A DNA stretch of 64,000 bases from Nitrospirota bacterium (GTDB taxonomy: Bacteria; Nitrospirota; Nitrospiria; Nitrospirales; Nitrospiraceae): positions 1 through 64,000 of the forward strand of contig CAVPBK010000001.1 of assembly GCA_963701855.1 (NCBI GenBank), in the 5' to 3' direction. Made by a program: the position numbers and the translations under genes. Positions 30,069 through 39,298 of the stretch are shown here, one piece after another. Under the pieces are notes generated by a model. It was not told the DNA's origin, did not search any database, and was given only the letters and a program-made list of their open reading frames with translations. The first letter of the stretch is position 1, and the number at the start of each line of letters is the position of its first letter.

Positions 30069-30145
30069 AGTTCACACCAGAAAGGTCGAGATTACACCGA
30101 GGATGCTATGCCTCCCTCGGCCATAATCCAGACCTAAGCCTGCTC

Positions 30146-30376
30146 CTATTTGCGGAGACCCATAATGATGAAGGCAATGACCAGGCCATACAGCGCGATG
30201 GCTTCCACCAACGCAAACCCGATCCACATATACTTTCCGACGCGAGCTTCCGCTTCCGGCTGACGCGCCACAGCTTCAATCATCTTCCCGAAAATGTAGC
30301 CGATCCCTACACCGGCTCCGGCAAATCCTGCTGCTGCTAACCCCATGCCTAACAATGCTGCTGCGGCTGAATCCAT
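30146..30376 (-). CDS. atpE: F0F1 ATP synthase subunit c
   Basis: ARQPE loop, FALVEAIALY. Confidence 0.97.
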   Translation of the reverse strand: MDSAAAALLGMGLAAAGFAGAGVGIGYIFGKMIEAVARQPEAEARVGKYMWIGFALVEAIALYGLVIAFIIMGLRK

Positions 30377-30412
30377 TATGTCCTACTCCTCCCTTGTCTG
30401 AACTTGCACGCG

Positions 30413-31162
30413 CTAGTGCGCGTGCTCATCATGGCCGTGTAAATGGAATGCGTCTCCCAAATAGACGCAGGTCAACACCGTAAAAATATAGGCTTGAATA
30501 AATGCGATGCCGACTTCCAATCCGTTCATCGCGATCGTGAACGCAAAGGGCAACCACCCGATCAACAAACCACCGCTAATGGATAAGCCGAACAGAACCC
30601 CGAGAATCACGTGGCCGGCCGTCATATTCGCAAACAACCGAACAGCCAGCGAAATAGGCCTCGCCAATTGGCTGATCAATTCGATCGGCACCATCAAGGG
30701 CAGCAGCCACCCGGGCGTACCGGGAGGAATGAGAATGCCCAGAAACTTGATTCCATGCAGAAAAAATCCCATGACCAGGCTCAGTCCATACACTAGACAG
30801 GCGAACACAGCCGTCACGACAATCTGGCTCGTCACGGTGTAGCTACCGGGGATCAGCCCAATAAGATTACAGAAGAGAATAAAGAGAAACAGGGTGGCGA
30901 TGAGAGGGAAAAATCGCATCCCATCTTTACCCATCGTATCCATGATGATGCCGCGAATGAAATCCACCATGATCTCCGCCAGGCTCTGCAACTTGCCTGG
31001 CACGAGCTTGCGTGCCGATCCAGCCATTACCATGAGCACCGCTACCAGGGAAACGACAACCCACATGATCACAACGGCTTTATTGATCGAAATATCCAAT
31101 CCGCCTAGCGAAATTGGTATCCAGTTATGAAGCTCGAACGGATGAAGCGGACTTTCTTCCAT
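30413..31162 (-). CDS. atpB: F0F1 ATP synthase subunit a
   Basis: RPISLAVRLFANMTAGH, IQAYIFTVL. Confidence 0.97.
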   Translation of the reverse strand: MEESPLHPFELHNWIPISLGGLDISINKAVVIMWVVVSLVAVLMVMAGSARKLVPGKLQSLAEIMVDFIRGIIMDTMGKDGMRFFPLIATLFLFILFCNLIGLIPGSYTVTSQIVVTAVFACLVYGLSLVMGFFLHGIKFLGILIPPGTPGWLLPLMVPIELISQLARPISLAVRLFANMTAGHVILGVLFGLSISGGLLIGWLPFAFTIAMNGLEVGIAFIQAYIFTVLTCVYLGDAFHLHGHDEHAH

Positions 31163-31191
31163 GACGTTGTTTTACTTCCTGTTGAATCGCG

Positions 31192-31413
31192 TTATGTCTT
31201 CGGCCACCGCTGCGCCGACCGGTATGCATTCCTGACTCCGGTCACGACGCCCAACATCAACCCCACAGCCATCCCCCAGGGAGTGGAGTCGAAGAGGTAT
31301 GTGTCACATGCCCAGCCCAACCCACCTCCGACAATCAGCGCAGCGAGCAGATCAGTTGCGATCCGGACCGCTTGGCCAAGCCCGGCGTACAATGGATCTT
31401 GTGGAGGGGGCAT
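31192..31413 (-). CDS. atpZ: AtpZ/AtpI family ATP synthase accessory protein
   Basis: IVGGGLGWACD..TPWG, two TM helices, first gene of the F0 operon. Confidence 0.85.
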   Translation of the reverse strand: MPPPQDPLYAGLGQAVRIATDLLAALIVGGGLGWACDTYLFDSTPWGMAVGLMLGVVTGVRNAYRSAQRWPKT

Positions 31414-31593
31414 GTCATACCCACGGAGGAGAGTGCGATGCAGCCCATAACGCAAAGACTCTGCCGATGGCGGGCGCGCAATTCAAGCAGAATCATCCTA
31501 AATTTGTCAAGCCGGCGATACGCTGTGACGCAGCCAATGCAGTAGGGTATAGTGAGTGGCTCGTATGTATGGAGTGATCCACATTCACCTGTT

Positions 31594-33078
31594 ATGACTC
31601 ATTTTTCCCAACCATCGTTCCTCGGTGGGCCACCACAGCCCCTGATCCTCACAGTGGAGGGCCAAGGGAAGACGCCCTTTGAGCTGTATCGCCTGATTGC
31701 CTCCCCCTCTCAGCCATCGTTCCTTCTTGATAGCGGGAAGCGGACAGACCGCGGAAGCCGGTATTCTTTTCTGGGGAGTAACCCCTTCTCGGTGCTGACG
31801 GGGCGACAAGGACAGGCCTCCCTGCGCGCCCATGATGGGCGCGAATACTCCTCGAAAGATCCCTTTGAAAGCCTCTGCCGCCTATTCGCCTGCCCCCAGA
31901 TCGAGCCTTCTCCAGACCTACCCCCTTTTTGGGGCGGAGCCATCGGCTACCTCAGCTATGACCTCGCACGCGAGTTCGAATCGCTCCCATCCATAGCCCA
32001 AGACGATCTGCAGCTGCCTGATCTGCAATTCGGTCTGTACGACATCGTCACCGCCGTCGATCATCAAACTGGTCGTCTACAGATAATCTTTTGTCCAACG
32101 ATGGAACGGTTTTTAGGAGAGCCCCGGGAGAAGCTCTATCGTGAAGGCTTAGATCGAGTGGCTGAGTGCGAAGCCAGATTAAACGGAAGGCCCACTCCCC
32201 TCAAGAATCTCCTCCCTCTCGATCAGATGGCCTTTCACCCCAATCAAACACGGGATGCTTACCTCAAACAAGTCCGGCGCTGCCAGGAGTATATTGAGGC
32301 AGGAGACATCTACCAAGCCAACCTGTCGCATCGATTCACCCTGCAACCTCCCAGCGCATACAGCGATGGCCTAGACCGACAGCCCTATGAGCAAGAACTC
32401 TATCGACGTCTCCAAGCCGTGAACCCCTCGCCTTTCTCAGGGCTCATCCGCTTCGACGACGTCACATTGATCAGCTCATCACCCGAACGGCTTGTCCGTT
32501 CGCACAACAGGCAGGTGGATACACGCCCTATTGCCGGAACCAGACCGCGTGGGCTCGACGCTCGTGATGACCAACGCCTCATCGGGGAATTGCTCTCGAA
32601 TGAAAAGGAGCAGGCGGAGCACCTCATGCTCGTTGATCTCGAACGAAACGACCTAGGCCGCGTCTGCCGATTCGGCAGCATACAGGTCGATGAATTCATG
32701 GCAATTGAACAATACTCCCACGTCAGCCACATCGTATCCAATATACGCGGCACCTTGAAACCTGACGCCACGCCCTTTGATCTAATTCGAGCACTGTTCC
32801 CAGGGGGTACCATCACGGGTGTGCCAAAGATCCGCTGTATGGAGATTATCGAAGAGCTGGAGCCGGTACGTCGTGGCCCCTACACAGGATCATTTGGATA
32901 CATCGGCTGGAATGGCGACCTCGATCTCAATATCGTGATTCGAACTTTGGTATGGTGTGGGGGGAATGGCTACTTACAAGTCGGTGCCGGGATTGTCGCC
33001 GACTCCGATCCGGCCAAGGAATACGAAGAAACGATCCAGAAGGCCCAGGCATTTTTTAGCGCATTGCAACAGACGTAA
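31594..33078 (+). CDS. pabB: Aminodeoxychorismate synthase component I (chorismate-binding MST family)
   Basis: SSSPERL, TRPIAGTRPRG, EHLMLVDLERNDLGR, FPGGTITGVPKIR, NIVIRT. Confidence 0.85.
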   Translation: MTHFSQPSFLGGPPQPLILTVEGQGKTPFELYRLIASPSQPSFLLDSGKRTDRGSRYSFLGSNPFSVLTGRQGQASLRAHDGREYSSKDPFESLCRLFACPQIEPSPDLPPFWGGAIGYLSYDLAREFESLPSIAQDDLQLPDLQFGLYDIVTAVDHQTGRLQIIFCPTMERFLGEPREKLYREGLDRVAECEARLNGRPTPLKNLLPLDQMAFHPNQTRDAYLKQVRRCQEYIEAGDIYQANLSHRFTLQPPSAYSDGLDRQPYEQELYRRLQAVNPSPFSGLIRFDDVTLISSSPERLVRSHNRQVDTRPIAGTRPRGLDARDDQRLIGELLSNEKEQAEHLMLVDLERNDLGRVCRFGSIQVDEFMAIEQYSHVSHIVSNIRGTLKPDATPFDLIRALFPGGTITGVPKIRCMEIIEELEPVRRGPYTGSFGYIGWNGDLDLNIVIRTLVWCGGNGYLQVGAGIVADSDPAKEYEETIQKAQAFFSALQQT

Positions 33079-33080
33079 CC

Positions 33081-33956
33081 ATGTGGGTTTACCTCAATGA
33101 TAGGTTTGTGAAAGAAGAGGAGGCCGTCGTCTCCGTCTTCGATCATGGGTTTCTCTATGGCGATGGCGTCTATGAAACCATTCGCTCCTACGGGAGCCGA
33201 ATCTTCATGCGAAACCAACATCTTGCCCGGCTTCGCCGGTCTGCAGACGCGATCGGCCTGACTATCCCCATCCCCGAACACAGATGGCCGGCACTCCTCC
33301 ACGAAGCAATGGTACGAAATGACGTCGGACACGAACGCACCGATGCGTACCTTCGCATCACCATCTCCCGAGGGGCTGGTGACATCGGTCTTGATCCAGC
33401 CCTGTGCCCAACCCCCACCGTGGTGATCATGACTAAACCGCTTCACCCTCCCTTACCTGAACAATATCGCATAGGCGTGAACGTGATCGTCGCCCAAACG
33501 AGAAGGAACCTACCTAGCGCCCTCTCACCCCAAATCAAAGCCACAAATTTTTTGAACAATATCCTGGCCAAACGTGAAGCGATCGTGGCCGGTGCCTTCG
33601 ACAGCATCCTGCTCAATTGGGAATCGCATCTGACGGAATGCACTGTCAGTAATCTCTTTTTCTTCCGAGCTGGCCGGCTCTGCACCCCGGCACTTGCATG
33701 CGGCCTGCTGGACGGAATCACACGTGACATCGTGCTTAGCCTCGCGCAAGAAGCACAGATCCCGGTTGATGAAGGACATTTCGGAATCGAGGCGATTCAT
33801 AAGGCAGACGAGTGTTTTCTCACCAACACAAGTATGGAAGTGATGCCGGTCACCATGATAGACGGACTTCCGGTGGGGAATGGGACACCGGGGCTTCTCA
33901 CCCGGAAACTACACGGACTATTTATTGCCAACCGAACGCGTTTTCTCGAACCCTAG
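33081..33956 (+). CDS. Class IV aminotransferase (aminodeoxychorismate lyase/IlvE-like)
   Basis: DHGFLYGDGVYET, IKATN, ECTVSNLF, LDGITR; coupled to pabB. Confidence 0.88.
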   Translation: MWVYLNDRFVKEEEAVVSVFDHGFLYGDGVYETIRSYGSRIFMRNQHLARLRRSADAIGLTIPIPEHRWPALLHEAMVRNDVGHERTDAYLRITISRGAGDIGLDPALCPTPTVVIMTKPLHPPLPEQYRIGVNVIVAQTRRNLPSALSPQIKATNFLNNILAKREAIVAGAFDSILLNWESHLTECTVSNLFFFRAGRLCTPALACGLLDGITRDIVLSLAQEAQIPVDEGHFGIEAIHKADECFLTNTSMEVMPVTMIDGLPVGNGTPGLLTRKLHGLFIANRTRFLEP

Positions 33957-34034
33957 CCGGCTCACATCCCCACAGACTCCATTGTTTTTCCGCACTAATT
34001 TCAGCTGACATCCAGGCACAAGATCTGCATTTTG

Positions 34035-34062
34035 TTGACACCCAGTGGCAGACTGGTATCGT
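34035..34062 (+). promoter_or_regulatory. Sigma70 promoter just upstream of the SLT-domain gene
   Basis: TTGACA-16bp-TATCGT ending 8 nt before ATG 34070. Confidence 0.5.
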
Positions 34063-34069
34063 TGCAACC

Positions 34070-34780
34070 ATGCACAACACCTTTTCTCTAATAATGACAT
34101 CTCTCCGGCGGCACGCGGCCATTGGGCTCACCTTAACGGTAATAGCGGGAATCGGCTCACTGGCCTTCTCCGTGCCAACAACCACGGCGGAAATTTATCA
34201 GTTTGTCGGGCGCGACGGCTCAATTTCCCTCACCAACGTCCCATCAGATTCTCGCTATCGAAAAATCGAGGTTGAATCCAGCCGATTCCACACCACCTTG
34301 TCCGAGCGGGAACTCGAACCAGTCATTCGTCGGCACTCTTCACAACACCGGCTCCATCCTGCGTTGATCCGAGCCGTCATCAAGGCTGAATCGGACTTCG
34401 ACCCACGGGCAGTTTCTCGCGCCGGTGCTATTGGCCTGATGCAACTGATGCCGCAGACCGCCGTGCGCCTGGATGTGCGGGATATGTATGACCCGGATGA
34501 TAATGTGGGAGGTGGGACCAAATACTTACGCCAACTGCTCGACCGCTTCCATGGGAACTTACCACTAGCCCTGGCAGCCTATAATGCCGGAGAGAATGTG
34601 GTCGACCGCTATCAGGCACTTCCCCCATACGATGAAACCAGGCAATATGTCCGGAAGGTTCTCCGATACTACCGCACATTCCTGGTCCGGGACGGCGTCA
34701 TCATAGAACGTCCGGTCAGCCAATACGGCCCGGCAGAGTCAACAGCAACCCCCGTGATTTCTGAGATGTCTTCCCGCTAA
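34070..34780 (+). CDS. Lytic transglycosylase (SLT domain)
   Basis: AVIKAESDF, GAIGLMQLMP, LAAYNAG, ETRQYVRKV; signal peptide. Confidence 0.9.
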   Translation: MHNTFSLIMTSLRRHAAIGLTLTVIAGIGSLAFSVPTTTAEIYQFVGRDGSISLTNVPSDSRYRKIEVESSRFHTTLSERELEPVIRRHSSQHRLHPALIRAVIKAESDFDPRAVSRAGAIGLMQLMPQTAVRLDVRDMYDPDDNVGGGTKYLRQLLDRFHGNLPLALAAYNAGENVVDRYQALPPYDETRQYVRKVLRYYRTFLVRDGVIIERPVSQYGPAESTATPVISEMSSR

Positions 34781-36359
34781 CAACTTCCCCGCTCGCTAGG
34801 CGACTGTGTTGTTGCCACCCAGCCCGCTTGGCCTCAGGAAAATCAGACCGGTAATGGGCCCCGACGCTGTTCTCTCGCCACAGCGCCGCTTCCGCCACGC
34901 ATTGGGCTACCTGCACCATGTTTTTCACTTCCAGCGCTGCTCGGCTTGCAAACGGCTGGGTCACGAGTTGGGCCCACCGTGACAATTGCGCACAGGCCCG
35001 GATAAGCGACTCCCCCGAACGTATGACACCGACCTGTCCCCACATCGTTCGTCTGATTGAGCTTCGCAACTTTTCCGCATCTTCCAGTGTGCCGAATTGG
35101 CCCGCTCGGAGCGTGGCCTCCTGAGACGAGGGTGTCGGAGGCTCCTGTCTGTCGGCAAACGCCACGGCTGCCGATGCCGCGCGCGCACCAAACACCAATC
35201 CTTCGAGCAATGAATTGCTCGCCAAACGATTCGCTCCGTGCACACCACTACAGGCCACCTCCCCAGCGGCAAAAAGCCCTGGAACCGTTGTCGCACCGTT
35301 CAGATCAGTCCAGACCCCGCCCATCATATAATGCGCGCTGGGAGACACAGGGATCCATTCTTCCGTGATATCGATGTCATAGCGAAGGCACGTCGCATAA
35401 ATGGTTGGGAAACGCTGCTTAACAAACTCTGCCCCCAAGTGGGTGACATCAAGATAGACATGACGCGCTTTCGTCGCCGCCATCTCCGCCAAAATTGCCC
35501 GCGACACGATATCTCTCGGCGCTAACGCGCCCATGGGGTGGTATTGCTGCATGAACGGCACCCCTTTATTATTGCGTAGCTGCGCACCCTCGCCTCGCAT
35601 CGCTTCCGACAACAAGAACGGCGGGCTCGACGGCAAATACAATGCTGTGGGATGGAATTGAACGAACTCCATATCTTGAAGCACCGCGCCAGCGCGCAGT
35701 GCCATGGCCATTCCATCACCGGTGGCATTCGGGGGATTGGTCGTCCGTGCATAGATCTGCCCGGCCCCGCCTGTAGTCAGCACAACCGCGCGAGTCGGCA
35801 GCACGAACTGGCGACCGGATCCTTCATCTAAAACAACGGCCCCGCAGCAACGTCCATCATCAACGACGAGATCCACGGTAAAGTGATGATCCATTCGCTG
35901 AATGCGCTCCTGCCGATTCACTTCGGCAATCAATACTCGCACCATTTCGTTCCCCGTCGCATCTCCCCGCGCACGCAGGATACGGCTTCGGCTGTGGGCA
36001 GCCTCCCGAGCAAACGCGAACTTGCCGCCGACTTTGTCGAACTTGGCCCCCCATTCGATCAATTCTTGAATCCGATCAGGCCCTTCTTCCACGAGAACAC
36101 GCACGGCTTCTTTTCGACAGAGCCCATGTCCCGCTTTGAGTGTATCGGTCAAATGGATAGCCACATCGTCTTCTTCACTCATTGCCACCGCCACCCCGCC
36201 CTGTGCATGGATCGAACTACTCTGAAGTGGGTGCCCTTTTGTCAGCACTATGACACGGCCGGCACGGCTCAACTCCAACGCCGCGCGAAGACCGGCTACA
36301 CCGCTTCCGATGACCAGGAAATCGGCCTGTGCCTGAGTACGAGATTGCCGAGATGTCAT
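34716..36359 (-). CDS. nadB: L-aspartate oxidase
   Basis: IGSGVAGL, AQGGVA, EFVQFHPT, HYMMGG, HGANRLASNSLLEGLVFG; 65-bp tail overlap with SLT gene. Confidence 0.95.
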   Translation of the reverse strand: MTSRQSRTQAQADFLVIGSGVAGLRAALELSRAGRVIVLTKGHPLQSSSIHAQGGVAVAMSEEDDVAIHLTDTLKAGHGLCRKEAVRVLVEEGPDRIQELIEWGAKFDKVGGKFAFAREAAHSRSRILRARGDATGNEMVRVLIAEVNRQERIQRMDHHFTVDLVVDDGRCCGAVVLDEGSGRQFVLPTRAVVLTTGGAGQIYARTTNPPNATGDGMAMALRAGAVLQDMEFVQFHPTALYLPSSPPFLLSEAMRGEGAQLRNNKGVPFMQQYHPMGALAPRDIVSRAILAEMAATKARHVYLDVTHLGAEFVKQRFPTIYATCLRYDIDITEEWIPVSPSAHYMMGGVWTDLNGATTVPGLFAAGEVACSGVHGANRLASNSLLEGLVFGARAASAAVAFADRQEPPTPSSQEATLRAGQFGTLEDAEKLRSSIRRTMWGQVGVIRSGESLIRACAQLSRWAQLVTQPFASRAALEVKNMVQVAQCVAEAALWRENSVGAHYRSDFPEAKRAGWQQHSRLASGEVVSGKTSQKSRGLLLTLPGRIG

Positions 36360-36362
36360 GGA

Positions 36363-36869
36363 CTACTTCTTTATAGGGGAACGTATGGGGTCAATGGTGG
36401 CCTGCCGAGCTTTCATACCGAAGGGGGCATCGCCCTGAACCCCGCGTAACAGAATCGATTGTGTGCCGACCCATTGCAATCGCGTATGGCCTCGCTGACG
36501 GAGACCCGGATCGTCCGTATTTTTTCTCCATAGTCCCTGCCAATGTACGAACACATCGACGTCGTCTCCTTCGATCATAATGCGCTCAACCGTAAAGTCC
36601 AACGTGATGGCACTAAAAGTCTGGAAATCGCCCTGAGCCTCTTCCCGCAATCTGTCAAGCTGTTCAGACGGCATCATAAGCGCGGCCAGATCCGACAAAT
36701 CTTTCCTCACATACGCTTGGCGAAGTGATTCCACCGCCCGATCGATACGAAGATACCGTTCGTGATCTTCTGGATATTGAATCGTCTTGCCCCCACAGCC
36801 GACACCGATCAAAGATATCGAGCCGAGCAAGAGTAAGACGGGAATAAGTGAAAATTTGTATGGAAGCAT
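36363..36869 (-). CDS. Hypothetical lipoprotein
   Basis: Signal with GVGC lipobox-like Cys; stop 3 bp before nadB start. Confidence 0.7.
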   Translation of the reverse strand: MLPYKFSLIPVLLLLGSISLIGVGCGGKTIQYPEDHERYLRIDRAVESLRQAYVRKDLSDLAALMMPSEQLDRLREEAQGDFQTFSAITLDFTVERIMIEGDDVDVFVHWQGLWRKNTDDPGLRQRGHTRLQWVGTQSILLRGVQGDAPFGMKARQATIDPIRSPIKK

Positions 36870-36997
36870 GCTGACGGCAGTATATAGGAGCGAGTATCAG
36901 ACAGGTCAAGCAGCGTGTGAGCTGGCCCTCATCACTCGCAGGCCCGCAAGGCATTCAGTCGCGCCTAAATCATGACCAACTTAATACACCGATGAGC

Positions 36998-37026
36998 TTG
37001 CAATTTACAGCGAAAACTTCTACACT
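36998..37026 (+). promoter_or_regulatory. Sigma70 promoter for bS22-like gene
   Basis: TTGCAA-17bp-TACACT. Confidence 0.55.
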
Positions 37027-37051
37027 CCCGCACTTGCAGGAGAGATAACGC

Positions 37052-37147
37052 ATGTCTAGTGTGCTAAAAAAACGCCGGAAAAAGATGCGCAAGCACAAGT
37101 ACAAGAAGCTGCGCCGGCGTCAAAAGTTCGAACGTCGCAAAAGCTAG
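37052..37147 (+). CDS. Small basic ribosomal protein bS22/mS38-like (AURKAIP1/COX24 domain), 31 aa
   Basis: Manual translation MSSVLKKRRKKMRKHKYKKLRRRQKFERRKS; AGGAG RBS; below ORF-track cutoff. Confidence 0.85.
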   Translation: MSSVLKKRRKKMRKHKYKKLRRRQKFERRKS

Positions 37148-37177
37148 GCTTCGCCCAAGAAGGGGGAGGAGGGGGAC

Positions 37178-37396
37178 GTGCCCGAAGGCAAGAAGGTTCG
37201 CATCCGCGTTCGGACTGTGAACTGTGTCTACGTTGGCGACTTTCTCATTCCTCCCATGAGAAATCGTGTGTCCGATGCGATCAACGAAGAACAACGTCTC
37301 TTTATTAGCCTTACCGACGTGGTGATCGGTGAGAAGGATCGCTCGGATTTCGTGGCCATCAACAAGAATCTGATCGAGTCGATCGCACAGCTATAA
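37178..37396 (+). CDS. Small conserved hypothetical protein
   Basis: GTG after strong GGAGG; 72 aa; RVSDAIN..FISLTDV..FVAINKNLI. Confidence 0.75.
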   Translation: MPEGKKVRIRVRTVNCVYVGDFLIPPMRNRVSDAINEEQRLFISLTDVVIGEKDRSDFVAINKNLIESIAQL

Positions 37397-37484
37397 CTGT
37401 CGACAACACCTCCGGTGTGCCTTCCCCCTTCGCTGTTCTCCCTTGGTTTTCCTTAGCCACCTCCTCTAAGATCACCGCTTCATC

Positions 37485-39215
37485 ATGTCCACTTTCTCAC
37501 GATTTCTCCCATTCCTGAAACCCTATCTGTCCCGCATGGTGCTGGCAGGCTTGTTGGTCATGGGTGTCGCCGCCATCAATCTGGCCCTACTGCGGTTGGC
37601 CGGTACCCTGTGGGACATCATTACCGTGCAGCACGACCAATCCAGAATGACGGACATGATTACCATCTTTCTTGGACTCGTCATCCTGCAGGGGCTCTGT
37701 TCGATGGGCCATAGCTATCTGACCGCGTGGATTTCGCAGCGCATCATCGCCGACTTTCGCCGGCATCTCTTTGCGCATCTACATACCCTATCGGTGAGCT
37801 TCTTTGCCCGCAGGCGTACCGGCGAACTCCTCTCACGGCTCATGAACGATGTAACCGTCATCCAATCGGTCGTCACCGAAACACCGATTGACGGTGCGAA
37901 ACAACTCGTGACCTTTGTCGGGGGAATCACGTTCTTGCTGATGATGAATTGGCGGCTCTGCCTCTTGATCCTGGTTCTGCTTCCATTGCTCGTCCTCGTG
38001 GCCAAATTTTTTGGACGAAGGCTGAAATCCCTCTCGACCTCGATTCAAGATCACACCGCTGCAATGAGTACGCTGATCGAGGAAGTAATCTCCGGCATCC
38101 GGATCGTGAAATCCTTCGTCCAAACACAGCGGGAAGAGGCCAGATTTTCCGCACAAGTCGAACAGACCTTGGCGTTGACAATGCGAAAGGCCGGTGTCAT
38201 GGCGGTGTTTATTCCCGTCATCAGCCTCCTCACCTTCTCTGCGGCGGCGGCGGTGTTGTGGTATGGAGGACGCCAGGTTATCGACGGAAGTGTGTCGCCG
38301 GGCGATCTCTTTGCCTTTGTCCTTTTTGCCGGAATATTGATCGGTCCCTTCAGTTCCGCTGCCCGCGTGTTCGCGCAGATCAGGGAAGCGCAGGGCGCTA
38401 CCCAACGTGTGTTCGAAATTCTCGACACTGGCTCCGAAGTAAGCGACTCCCCCACGGCCACGGCATTATCCCCCGTCTCAGGACACATCCGAGCGGAACG
38501 TGTCGGCTTTGCCTATGATCCACGCCAGCCGGTTTTGATGGATATATCGTTCGAAGCGAGGCCTGGCGAACTGGTTGCCATCGTCGGTCCCACGGGGGCT
38601 GGAAAAACAACCGTGATGAACTTGCTCCACCGTTTCTACGATCCAACCGAGGGGCGCATCACCATCGACGGGCACGATCTCCGCCAAGTCACCATGGACA
38701 GTTGGTATCGGCAGATCGCGCTGGTTCCGCAAGAGACAATCTTGTTCGGCGGAACGATTCTCGACAATATCCGCTACGGAGACGAGAAGGCCACTCAGGA
38801 AGAGGTGGTGGCAGCGAGCCGTGCGGCCCATGCCCACGACTTCATCATGAGCTTTCCGGACCAGTATCAGACCATTGTGGGGGAAAAGGGAATTAACGTG
38901 TCCGGTGGACAGCGACAGCGCATCGCCATAGCCAGAGCCATCGTGAAAAATCCACGGATCTTATTGTTGGATGAAGCCACCTCTGCCCTCGACAGTGAGT
39001 CGGAACGACTCGTCCAAGAGGCACTGGAACAACTCATGAAAGGCCGAACGACCTTTGTCATCGCCCATCGTTTGACGACCATCCAGCGAGCTGACCGCAT
39101 CCTCGTCCTCAACAAAGGGCGCCTCGTCGAAACCGGCACACATGTTGAGCTGATGGATCATAAAGGGCTCTACCAGTACCTCTACACCCTTCGGCTCATC
39201 GAACTCCCCTCCTAG
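37485..39215 (+). CDS. ABC exporter, fused permease/ATPase (MsbA-like)
   Basis: TM domain, GPTGAGKT, VSGGQRQRIAIARA, LLLDEATSALD, IAHRL. Confidence 0.93.
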   Translation: MSTFSRFLPFLKPYLSRMVLAGLLVMGVAAINLALLRLAGTLWDIITVQHDQSRMTDMITIFLGLVILQGLCSMGHSYLTAWISQRIIADFRRHLFAHLHTLSVSFFARRRTGELLSRLMNDVTVIQSVVTETPIDGAKQLVTFVGGITFLLMMNWRLCLLILVLLPLLVLVAKFFGRRLKSLSTSIQDHTAAMSTLIEEVISGIRIVKSFVQTQREEARFSAQVEQTLALTMRKAGVMAVFIPVISLLTFSAAAAVLWYGGRQVIDGSVSPGDLFAFVLFAGILIGPFSSAARVFAQIREAQGATQRVFEILDTGSEVSDSPTATALSPVSGHIRAERVGFAYDPRQPVLMDISFEARPGELVAIVGPTGAGKTTVMNLLHRFYDPTEGRITIDGHDLRQVTMDSWYRQIALVPQETILFGGTILDNIRYGDEKATQEEVVAASRAAHAHDFIMSFPDQYQTIVGEKGINVSGGQRQRIAIARAIVKNPRILLLDEATSALDSESERLVQEALEQLMKGRTTFVIAHRLTTIQRADRILVLNKGRLVETGTHVELMDHKGLYQYLYTLRLIELPS

Positions 39216-39283
39216 CAGAATGCTGAAAAAGTCCGTCAGCTTCGTTCTCGCATCGTTCAGGCCCTCAACGTACCCCAGAGGGT
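39212..39283 (+). repeat. Truncated MITE/REP-like element with IS-like end
   Basis: CTAG-CAGAATGCTGAAAAAGTCCGTCAGC; related ends at about 53776-53796 (reverse), 62422-62449 and 63757-63782 (reverse). Confidence 0.55.
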
Positions 39284-39298
39284 CGGCTATGAGGGTGC

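Noticed and set aside
29561..31413. Incomplete ATP synthase operon as a novelty
   Set aside because: Split F0 and F1 operons are common; the F1 genes are presumably elsewhere.
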